Shown: positions 56,960-64,000 of the stretch, piece by piece
Layout: the number at the start of each line of letters is the position of its first letter
How positions within the stretch are numbered: the first letter of the stretch is position 1
IMG/VR virus record: IMGVR_UViG_3300020428_001187
Span: 4,245-68,244 of that record
Direction: 5' to 3' (one strand)
DNA length: 64,000 nt
Source of the DNA: a virus
Notes under the pieces: model-generated
Told to the model about the DNA's origin: nothing
What the model saw: only the letters and a program-made list of their open reading frames with translations
Database searches by the model: none
Made by a program: the position numbers and the translations under genes

Positions 56960-57205
56960 TTACTTCTTCTCTAATGCTTTCAATCTCTTTTCCATGACTT
57001 CAAGTTTTGCTTTGAGAGATGGAAACTTTGCCATTTGCTTTTCTTCATCAGTCAGAATTTTTACATTGTAACGTTCTGCCGCCCAGTTATATAATGAATC
57101 TATTTTATTGTAAAACCAAACGCCTGCTTTAGTTTTTTTAAACCAAGTAGACGAAGCATTACCAATAATCGAACCTGCTATTGCTTTAATTAAGAAAAAC
57201 CACAT
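56960..57205 (-). CDS. Small hypothetical protein
   Basis: AAGGA SD; late promoter AATAAATA at 57228-57235. Confidence 0.6.
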   Translation of the reverse strand: MWFFLIKAIAGSIIGNASSTWFKKTKAGVWFYNKIDSLYNWAAERYNVKILTDEEKQMAKFPSLKAKLEVMEKRLKALEKK

Positions 57206-57247
57206 ATAATATCCTTTGTTATATGTGTATTTATTAAAAAGAGGGGG

Positions 57248-57637
57248 TTATTTTTTGCCGGGTTTCTTGTCAGTACCTTCGTAGTACTCTTTGTAAGACT
57301 TGATTATTTCGTCTTGCTGTAGCATATATGCACGTATTTGTGCGAAGTTTTTAGCTAGAGCTTCGTATCCTTCGTCAGTTAAGCCAAATAACACAGGATC
57401 TACTCCACCTGCTTTCAGCTTTTCAAACACTTCATCAGCATTATCAGAAGTAATAATAGTCCATTTAAGTTCTTCTAACTTAGGTGTTAGAGGAGCAGGA
57501 AGCTCAAGAGGTTGTCTTTCGACTTCTGTCTTAAAAACGTCTAGTTGTCTAACACTACTACATCCACTAATAAGGAACGTACTTAGGATTAGCAATACTA
57601 GGACACTCTGAGTTGATTTCAGACTTTTTAGTAGCAT
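57248..57637 (-). CDS. Outer-membrane spanin (lipoprotein)
   Basis: Lipobox LISGC, Pro-rich segment; overlaps the 3' end of the i-spanin. Confidence 0.75.
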   Translation of the reverse strand: MLLKSLKSTQSVLVLLILSTFLISGCSSVRQLDVFKTEVERQPLELPAPLTPKLEELKWTIITSDNADEVFEKLKAGGVDPVLFGLTDEGYEALAKNFAQIRAYMLQQDEIIKSYKEYYEGTDKKPGKK

Positions 57638-58052
57638 TTTTCTCTTTCTCCGTTAGCGGACTTCCCATGGCAATTTCATTACATCTATTGCCTTCGGAAC
57701 TTCCTTTATTAATTATTCGTTCAACGGAACCTGGTCTTTCATTTGCGAGTGAACCAATATCACGCACTTCACCTTTTCCGTTTATTTTATTGAATTTCTT
57801 GTCTAAGTTTGCAAATTCTTTTTTAAGATCATCATGTTGCTTTTGCAAGTTTGCTTTGATGTTAGCCTGTGCTTCAAAATCTGCTTTCATCTGTGTAATA
57901 ACAGCTTTTTGATCTTCAACACTCTGCTCTAACTTGGCATTATTAGCTTCTGATGTAGCCAAGTCTGCTTTTAGATTCTTTACATATATAAAGCCTCCAC
58001 CTGCACCTGCTAACATTACTACTACTAATGCAATCTTTATAGAACTAAACAC
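57567..58052 (-). CDS. Inner-membrane spanin
   Basis: N-terminal TM, long coiled coil, C-terminal Cys. Confidence 0.75.
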   Translation of the reverse strand: MFSSIKIALVVVMLAGAGGGFIYVKNLKADLATSEANNAKLEQSVEDQKAVITQMKADFEAQANIKANLQKQHDDLKKEFANLDKKFNKINGKGEVRDIGSLANERPGSVERIINKGSSEGNRCNEIAMGSPLTEKEKNATKKSEINSECPSIANPKYVPY

Positions 58053-58269
58053 TTTTGCTCTCCACTAGTTTGATAAAGTCGCCAACAGTTACTACTTCAG
58101 CTTCTTCTTGCTCAGAAATTTTTACACCTGTTGCATTTTGTATTGCAATGGTCATCTCAACGATATCAAAGTCGTCAGCATTTAAGTCATCTACTAAAGA
58201 TGCACCTGGTACGACCTTAGACGCATCAATGCCTAAGTGTTCTGCTATTGCTTTAACTACTTTTTCCAT
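58045..58269 (-). CDS. Acyl carrier protein homologue lacking the phosphopantetheine Ser
   Basis: ASLVDDLNADDFDIVEM vs canonical ASFVEDLGADSLDTVEL; also EEAE...TVGD. Confidence 0.8.
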   Translation of the reverse strand: MEKVVKAIAEHLGIDASKVVPGASLVDDLNADDFDIVEMTIAIQNATGVKISEQEEAEVVTVGDFIKLVESKSV

Positions 58270-58399
58270 CTTTTTCCTCTTCTAAGTAACGTGGATTTTC
58301 ACAGACAACTATTTCAATTGGTCTGTTATCTCCATCTTTAAACTCTTCGATTAATCTGCCTTCGTGCTGTCTTCCGCAGTTTTGGCAATAACCGATCAT
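58253..58399 (-). CDS. Small Zn-binding protein
   Basis: CQNCG..H...C; ATGA overlap with the endolysin. Confidence 0.55.
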   Translation of the reverse strand: MIGYCQNCGRQHEGRLIEEFKDGDNRPIEIVVCENPRYLEEEKDGKSS

Positions 58400-58905
58400 A
58401 TCATTGTTTTTGCTAAATCTGTTGTCTCGTTGACACGTCTTGTCCAACCCTTACCAAACGTTGCAAAGGTACTTAATTGTTCATAGTAACTTTGTCTGGC
58501 CTGTTGGAAACCCTCAATACTTTGCTCAATGCCATTTGCCTCAACATACTCAGCAACCTTCTTTAATGTATTAGGACCAATCCCACCGTCAACTGTTGTA
58601 CCTATCATTCTTTGTAAGTACTTTGCTGAACGTCCTGGACCTGCGTTAACACCGAAGTCGAATACACATAAGTCTAATCCACCTGGTAAGTCATCGCCTT
58701 TTACTTTATCCCAATAATTCTTTTTATAAATTGGAGCAACATCTTCGACTAATAAGTCTTTCATGTCTTTTGTTCCGCCCCATTCTTCGTAAACTCTTTT
58801 TGTAACACCTAAGTTAGTTTCACCACCTGGATCTTTTGGGTGGTTTACATATCCACCTTCGTGGTGTAGAATAGTTTCTAAACATTTATCGTAATTTGAT
58901 TGCAT
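58396..58905 (-). CDS. Endolysin, glycoside hydrolase family 108 with peptidoglycan-binding domain
   Basis: HEGGYVNHPKDPGGETNLG, DFGVNAG, DGGIGPNT, GWTRR. Confidence 0.92.
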   Translation of the reverse strand: MQSNYDKCLETILHHEGGYVNHPKDPGGETNLGVTKRVYEEWGGTKDMKDLLVEDVAPIYKKNYWDKVKGDDLPGGLDLCVFDFGVNAGPGRSAKYLQRMIGTTVDGGIGPNTLKKVAEYVEANGIEQSIEGFQQARQSYYEQLSTFATFGKGWTRRVNETTDLAKTMI

Positions 58906-58907
58906 AA

Positions 58908-59621
58908 TTAATTCCTTGTAGTAACGACTGTGTATCCGTTATTGGAGATCATAATCTTATCTCCATACTTTTCAATATCATAATCGCCTAAGTATTTAGT
59001 AAGGTAAATTGTCTCAGCCCAAGAATTGATATTGTATGATTCTGTAACTGCTTTATCCATTTCATCAGTTTTACCAAAATCTTCAACCTTTAGTGTTAAT
59101 GGATCAGCATATATCTTTTTAAAAGTAATATGATCTTGTAACATCTCAATACTATCTAAGTAACTTTTATTAAAAAAGTTCTTATAGTTTTCCATATTGT
59201 TTTCGTTTACTTTAATATCATAAGCATCATTGTCTAAAGGTACTGTTTCTGCAATAGCTTCTGGACTACAATCATTGCTTTTAAAACTTTTGTAATATCT
59301 AAATCTCATTCCGTCTAGCTCGGATAACTTTTGTACACCATCAACAATCTCGTGTATCTGTTTAGGCACATCTTTGTTACGTTCCATCTCAACAAATACT
59401 TTATAAGTTCCGTCTGCTTGTTCACCTGATGTAGTGTCAGCATCTAAAATAAAACTATAACCTTTTTCTAAAAAATTTTCTAGGTCTTTTGCTGATTCTC
59501 TTGTTCTAGCTGAAAAGCTCAATACAACGATATTCTTATCATCGCCCATCTTAGATTTAAATGAATCTATTTCAAATATATCGTAAACTAATGACCTAAG
59601 GTCGCCTTTGTTTAGTCCCAT
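58908..59621 (-). CDS. Hypothetical phage protein
   Basis: IDSFKSKMG...FLEKGY...VFVE; GGAG SD. Confidence 0.65.
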   Translation of the reverse strand: MGLNKGDLRSLVYDIFEIDSFKSKMGDDKNIVVLSFSARTRESAKDLENFLEKGYSFILDADTTSGEQADGTYKVFVEMERNKDVPKQIHEIVDGVQKLSELDGMRFRYYKSFKSNDCSPEAIAETVPLDNDAYDIKVNENNMENYKNFFNKSYLDSIEMLQDHITFKKIYADPLTLKVEDFGKTDEMDKAVTESYNINSWAETIYLTKYLGDYDIEKYGDKIMISNNGYTVVTTRN

Positions 59622-60139
59622 TATACTGCTCCACCTTCTGCATTAACTTCTGCATCTTGTGGAACGTCATCTACTGCTGGTTGCGTTGATGCAGTAGCAG
59701 GTTCTTTAACAAAATCTAGTTGCTCTTTGTATCCACTGTAAATGTTAAGTATTAGGTCCTTAGGCATTGTAATATTTACTAACCAAATAGGTTGTCTATC
59801 AAGTTTACCTTTTTTAGAACCTGGTCTAATATCGTCTGGTTTACGTATCTTACGTGGCTTTAATAATGAGCTCTTTTTGTATGACACTTTACAGTCATAA
59901 TCTAATAGTCTTTTACCACCCATTGGGTCTGGCATTTTATCTTTAGGCCACATAAATTCACAAGATACCCAATGCTTTTCGATCTTTGGTCCTGATGCTA
60001 ATTCACCATCTTCCCAGTTATCGTACACATATAAATCTAATTCGTCTAGAACACGTTCGAAGTCTTTTAATACACTAAAAGCGGTATCGCTTTCGTATAT
60101 TCCTTCTACGTTTTTAACTATGTCCATTACATCTTGCAT
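59621..60139 (-). CDS. Hypothetical phage protein
   Basis: DFERVLD..D.Y...NW..GE, MPDP.GG; ATG 60139 after AGGTGAG; late promoter at 60165-60172. Confidence 0.65.
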   Translation of the reverse strand: MQDVMDIVKNVEGIYESDTAFSVLKDFERVLDELDLYVYDNWEDGELASGPKIEKHWVSCEFMWPKDKMPDPMGGKRLLDYDCKVSYKKSSLLKPRKIRKPDDIRPGSKKGKLDRQPIWLVNITMPKDLILNIYSGYKEQLDFVKEPATASTQPAVDDVPQDAEVNAEGGAV

Positions 60140-60305
60140 TCGTCTCACCTATAGCTTATACACTTATTTATCCACTTTACTTTTATAACCACGCACTTTT
60201 GTTTCTGTCCCGACCAGGTAAATATTTGTGTAGAGACGCATTTTAGTTGTTTTCTATATAGCTAAGGTGTTCCTTTACGTGATTAACTCATAAAGGAGAT
60301 ACTTA

Positions 60306-61019
60306 ATGGGTGCTAAAAGAGCCAAAAGACGTTACGAACAGCAACGTTCGAACATTATTAACTTTCAACCAAACAAACACAAACAAGTACAAATATTACC
60401 CAGAAATAAAAATCAAGAAACATATATGCTAAAACTGTTGGACGCCCGAAAAGACATAGTCTTTGGAATAGGTCCTGCGGGAACCGGCAAGACCCTATTA
60501 GCGGTCCAGGTGGCTATTAAGAATTTTAAAGAAGGATTGTTTGACAAGATTGTGATCACAAGACCAGCTGTGTCAGTAGACGAGGATTTAGGGTTTCTTC
60601 CAGGAAGTATGGAAGAAAAGATGGCGCCTTGGACTAGACCAATTTTTGACGTATTTAAAGAATACTTCCATCCAAAGGAAATATCAAGTATGCTTGAAGA
60701 TGACATAGTAGAAATTGCTCCACTCTCTTATATGCGAGGGCGTACTTTCAAAAAGGCATTTATCGTTGCTGATGAAATGCAAAATGCAACGGCAAGTCAA
60801 ATGAAAATGTTGTTAACTAGAATAGGTGAGAAATCACAGATGGCAGTTACAGGAGACTTGAATCAAGCAGACAGAATGTCAAATAATGGACTACTAGATT
60901 TTGTAAAAAAATTAGAAGGACATAGAGAAACATCACATATTGATATTGTGCGGTTCCAACATGGGGACATTGAAAGACACAAGGCAGTTAGTGAAGTTTT
61001 AGATATCTACGGAGATTAG
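60306..61019 (+). CDS. phoH: PhoH-family ATPase
   Basis: GPAGTGKT, ITRP, LGFLPG, MRGRTF, DEMQN, LTRIG, GDLNQ. Confidence 0.95.
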   Translation: MGAKRAKRRYEQQRSNIINFQPNKHKQVQILPRNKNQETYMLKLLDARKDIVFGIGPAGTGKTLLAVQVAIKNFKEGLFDKIVITRPAVSVDEDLGFLPGSMEEKMAPWTRPIFDVFKEYFHPKEISSMLEDDIVEIAPLSYMRGRTFKKAFIVADEMQNATASQMKMLLTRIGEKSQMAVTGDLNQADRMSNNGLLDFVKKLEGHRETSHIDIVRFQHGDIERHKAVSEVLDIYGD

Positions 61020-61792
61020 GCTTTATCGCCAGGAAGGTCTGTATCGTGTGAATCAACAGTATAGCTCTTTCTGGCGTGTTGCCATTTAGACCAACCGTTA
61101 AATGTAATCTTATTTGTTTGTATTATAGCATTATGTCTATCAACGGCAGTTTTAGTTAGCTCACTTGTACGAGCAACAATCTTTTCACGTTTAATAGGAA
61201 TAACTTGTACTATAGGATCACCTAGTTTAATCAAGGTTCTTTTCTTTTCAAGCATCATAATATTAATAGGACTCATCAAAGCACCTAAGTCATGATCTAT
61301 TACGCCTGGTACTGCCTCCCAGTTTCTTCCTTCAAAGAAATACATCGGAAAGTATAATAAACTCCAGTCCTTAGGTTGCCATATCTTCCAAGGACAGTCT
61401 AATTTTACTGCTGAACGTACACCAAACTTTTGCATAACAGAACTATACTCATTAGTAACTTGATCTGCTGGGTGATAGGCACTATTATAATTAGTGTCTG
61501 AATATCTAGTTTCAACCATCTGTCCATCTTCACTAGGAAGAAGTTCCATATCACACCAAGCTGGAATAATAAAGCCAGTCTTCATATAGTCACCTATACC
61601 AGGACAAGCTCTTACAGTTTGTTCACTATCAATCTTATGTTTTTCCTTCTTTGTAAAGGTAGGCATCTTTTTCCATTGGCTAGGAACGAATTCAGAAGCA
61701 GGTTTAATAGGTGCGTACTTTCGTACAGCCCAATTTTCTGTTTCAAAATTTACAACAGGTTCCTGTTTTTTCTTAAACCAATTAAACATCAA
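61016..61792 (-). CDS. Hypothetical protein (possible dUTPase-like beta-clip fold)
   Basis: CPG..DY...G.IIP.W, PW, PG.ID, GDPIVQVIP. Confidence 0.55.
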   Translation of the reverse strand: MMFNWFKKKQEPVVNFETENWAVRKYAPIKPASEFVPSQWKKMPTFTKKEKHKIDSEQTVRACPGIGDYMKTGFIIPAWCDMELLPSEDGQMVETRYSDTNYNSAYHPADQVTNEYSSVMQKFGVRSAVKLDCPWKIWQPKDWSLLYFPMYFFEGRNWEAVPGVIDHDLGALMSPINIMMLEKKRTLIKLGDPIVQVIPIKREKIVARTSELTKTAVDRHNAIIQTNKITFNGWSKWQHARKSYTVDSHDTDLPGDKA

Positions 61793-62456
61793 GTTCCTTC
61801 ATTAGTGGAAATATTTTTGCAATTACTTTGGCACATTCATGAGCAATTTCCATGTGTTCTTTTTGTGTACCATTTGCACCACGTAGCTCAATATAGTGTA
61901 CCCAACTTCTTAAGGTACCATTCATGTATAATTTAGTCTTAGTCAAGCCTTCTGGTAGTACGACTCTGGCTTGTTCTTTAGCAATACCGTTTTTAATTGC
62001 CCAATCATATGCTTCTTTGGACATTTTGATTACTTCCTTTTGCATATGACCCCAATCCATTTCTAATTGTTGATCATGTACTTCAATTGAGTTTTGTCTA
62101 TTCTTTGTATCCTGTAGTCTTGGTTCTCTATATGTAAATGCTTCTTCCATGTCTTGTGGATTTGCATAACGTTGACTAAACTCTTGAAAGCTAAAACTTC
62201 TATGACGCACTATTTGATGTGCAATATCTCTTGTTGTTTCAATTTCTAAACAAGCACTAACCATCTCTAATGGTGACCAATGTTTGTGTTTAATTAGATA
62301 CTTAATTAGTTTAGCACTAGTTTCTTTATTCATCTGGTTAGATGGATTACTTACTCTTGCACAAAAGGCAATTAAATCTTGCAAGTCTAGTAAGCCTCCG
62401 TCTTCGTAAGTTTCAAATTCACTTGCCTTACTATACGAGATTAACTTAACTTTCAT
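61782..62456 (-). CDS. thyX: Flavin-dependent thymidylate synthase
   Basis: HWSPLE, RHRSFSFQEFSQRY, EQAR.VLP. Confidence 0.95.
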   Translation of the reverse strand: MKVKLISYSKASEFETYEDGGLLDLQDLIAFCARVSNPSNQMNKETSAKLIKYLIKHKHWSPLEMVSACLEIETTRDIAHQIVRHRSFSFQEFSQRYANPQDMEEAFTYREPRLQDTKNRQNSIEVHDQQLEMDWGHMQKEVIKMSKEAYDWAIKNGIAKEQARVVLPEGLTKTKLYMNGTLRSWVHYIELRGANGTQKEHMEIAHECAKVIAKIFPLMKELDV

Positions 62457-62460
62457 TTTT

Positions 62461-62784
62461 TTATCCTGTTCTATATATGATGTGTACACCGAACTCGGTG
62501 ACAATAGGGTGTGGTCCCATTTCGCCCTTAGGTATTGATTGGCAGGCTGTTGAAAATTCTATTACCATGTCTTCTGGTAAAAACCAACCTAAATCGCCGC
62601 CTGATCTTTTTCCACTTGGACAAGCACTATTCTCTTTTGCGGCGGTCTCAAAAGAAATTCCTCCATCTTGGATTTCTTTTTGTACACGTTCAGCTTCTTT
62701 CATTGCAAACGCAATACCTCTACTGTGAGTACTGTTTTTCGCACCGGCATAAGAAAAAAGTATGTGTGAAGCTCTCATTTTCAT
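62461..62784 (-). CDS. Parvulin-type peptidyl-prolyl isomerase
   Basis: RASHIL, S.CPS, GGDLGWF, TEFGVHII. Confidence 0.9.
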   Translation of the reverse strand: MKMRASHILFSYAGAKNSTHSRGIAFAMKEAERVQKEIQDGGISFETAAKENSACPSGKRSGGDLGWFLPEDMVIEFSTACQSIPKGEMGPHPIVTEFGVHIIYRTG

Positions 62785-62785
62785 A

Positions 62786-63109
62786 TTAATCTCCTTTACC
62801 TGGTTCTTCCGACATAGTAACATCTACTACTGGAATCTTATCTGCTAATACATCTTCTGGCCTTGCTTCAGTTATTTGAGGCCATATATTACTATATTTA
62901 CTATTCCACTGCATCCAAGTACCGTCGTCTTGAGATTCTTCTATAATAGCATCTACAGGACATTCAGGAACACAAACACCACAGTCAATACATTCATCAG
63001 GATTAATAACAAGCATATTTTTACCTTCGTAGAAACAGTCAACTGGACATACTTCTACACAGGTCATATGCTTACAGTTTACACAACTGTCATTTACTAG
63101 GTAAGTCAT
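62786..63109 (-). CDS. fdxA: FdxA-type (7Fe/8Fe) ferredoxin
   Basis: [26 protein letters not shown]. Confidence 0.9.
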   Translation of the reverse strand: MTYLVNDSCVNCKHMTCVEVCPVDCFYEGKNMLVINPDECIDCGVCVPECPVDAIIEESQDDGTWMQWNSKYSNIWPQITEARPEDVLADKIPVVDVTMSEEPGKGD

Positions 63110-63355
63110 TTATACTATCCAATTATATATTCCTCTGAGTGCTAATAACAAATAAAATAGTTCCATCAATGCACGTGGAAGATCCTTGTCTTTTATACCC
63201 ATATATATCCATATTGAACATGAAAAGGTTGCAACTAACCAGCCCATCCATTGTACACTAGGATCACCTCCACTTAAAATAAAGGCACCTACCATTGCTA
63301 GTACGAACCCTAACCATCTCCAACCATCAATCTTATGATAGTATCTGATTTTCAT
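63110..63355 (-). CDS. Small 3-TM membrane protein
   Basis: RWLG...W...KD...GIYNW; hydrophobic. Confidence 0.6.
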   Translation of the reverse strand: MKIRYYHKIDGWRWLGFVLAMVGAFILSGGDPSVQWMGWLVATFSCSIWIYMGIKDKDLPRALMELFYLLLALRGIYNWIV

Positions 63356-64000
63356 TTATAGCCTTGCTAGTTTAATTAATGTTGCCGCTAAATTTATTTC
63401 AGGATCTACGACTAGTGTGTGATCTACTAGTCCTTGTTTAATAATAATTACTGCTTTGTCTTGTTGTTCTTCAGTACCGAACAATTCAATGTTATCATAC
63501 AGCCATCTGTAAACTTCTTCCATCTCTTCTGCTCTAGCACTTGCACAAACAAGTTTCCTTGCTTCGCTGATCTTACCTGCTTTAAACAGTTCGACCATTT
63601 CAAGTTTCCAGTCAGCTTCGTTTTTGTCGCTTTCGTTTGGCTTTAATAGTTTACCATCTTGTGAATTCATTTGTACTGTATTAATACACTTACGTAGATC
63701 AGGATAACTTGCTTTTACATAAGTGTCTAGTGTATCCAAGTCTGGAGTAACACCTTCTGTGATTAGTATCTCTGCCACCCTTGCAGTAAACTCTGTCATG
63801 TCTACTTTTGCAATATGAAAGCCTTGACATCTTGAATGTAATGCAGGAATAATTCTGTTTGGATAGTTACAAGTTAAAATAAATCTGCTAGTTGTATGAT
63901 ACTCTTCCATCACGCCACGTAATGCCGCCTGTGCATTTGGACTTAGATAATCTGCCTCATCAAGTAGTACAACCTTAAATGGACCAAATGGAATCATTTG
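63356..64000 (-). CDS. Clamp loader AAA+ subunit (RFC/gp44-like), 5'-truncated
   Basis: VVLLDEAD, AQAALR, FILTCNY, SRC, DLRKCIN. Confidence 0.9.
   Translation of the reverse strand, partial: QMIPFGPFKVVLLDEADYLSPNAQAALRGVMEEYHTTSRFILTCNYPNRIIPALHSRCQGFHIAKVDMTEFTARVAEILITEGVTPDLDTLDTYVKASYPDLRKCINTVQMNSQDGKLLKPNESDKNEADWKLEMVELFKAGKISEARKLVCASARAEEMEEVYRWLYDNIELFGTEEQQDKAVIIIKQGLVDHTLVVDPEINLAATLIKLARL

Noticed and set aside
1-64000. Cellular (bacterial) origin suggested by clpA, dnaJ, def, folE, ferredoxin and ACP
   Set aside because: These are interleaved with a T4-like polymerase, clamp, clamp loader, RNase H, spanins, endolysin, fibre gene and late promoters; no ribosomal or core cellular operons
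1-64000. tRNA, rRNA, CRISPR array, transposase or integrase
   Set aside because: Intergenic gaps are short; I saw no cloverleaf, spaced direct repeats or recombinase motifs by eye (no scan was run)
1-64000. Stop-codon reassignment as in some jumbo phages
   Set aside because: Genes tile tightly under the standard code, known proteins are full length, and TAA, TAG and TGA all end genes

Overview
AT-rich, densely coding segment of a large T4-related (jumbo myovirus-like) bacteriophage, probably aquatic. The host is likely alphaproteobacterial, inferred from the FdxA-type ferredoxin and the Gram-negative spanins. (i) 1-17 kb is a tailoring-enzyme island: 5 radical SAM enzymes, 6 AspH-like 2OG/Fe(II) oxygenases, 2 SDRs, a flavin halogenase-like protein, a kinase, a GNAT, a miniature adenylation enzyme and two beta-propellers. 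It sits next to a tail-fibre-like gene and carries T4-type late promoters. (ii) 18-25 kb holds a MoxR-type AAA/VWA pair and an RNase H/5'-3' exonuclease. (iii) 26-43 kb holds 7-deazaguanine genes (queE, folE, queD-like, a TGT/DpdA-like transglycosylase, but no queC in the window). They are linked to a GT-B glycosyltransferase, an MBD4-like glycosylase, the sliding clamp and DNA polymerase B. (iv) 46-52 kb is a block of late genes whose products look like capsid-targeted, Glu-cleaved modular cargo proteins. (v) 52-64 kb has DnaJ-Def-ClpA, a lysis cassette containing an ACP that lacks its Ser, then PhoH, ThyX, parvulin, ferredoxin and the clamp loader. The best candidates for new biology are a clamp-tethered, possibly glycosylated 7-deazaguanine DNA modification; a late virion-tailoring enzyme island; protease-processed capsid polyprotein cargo; and several small cis-RNA elements. 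All functional calls come from motif recognition by eye; no database search was run.
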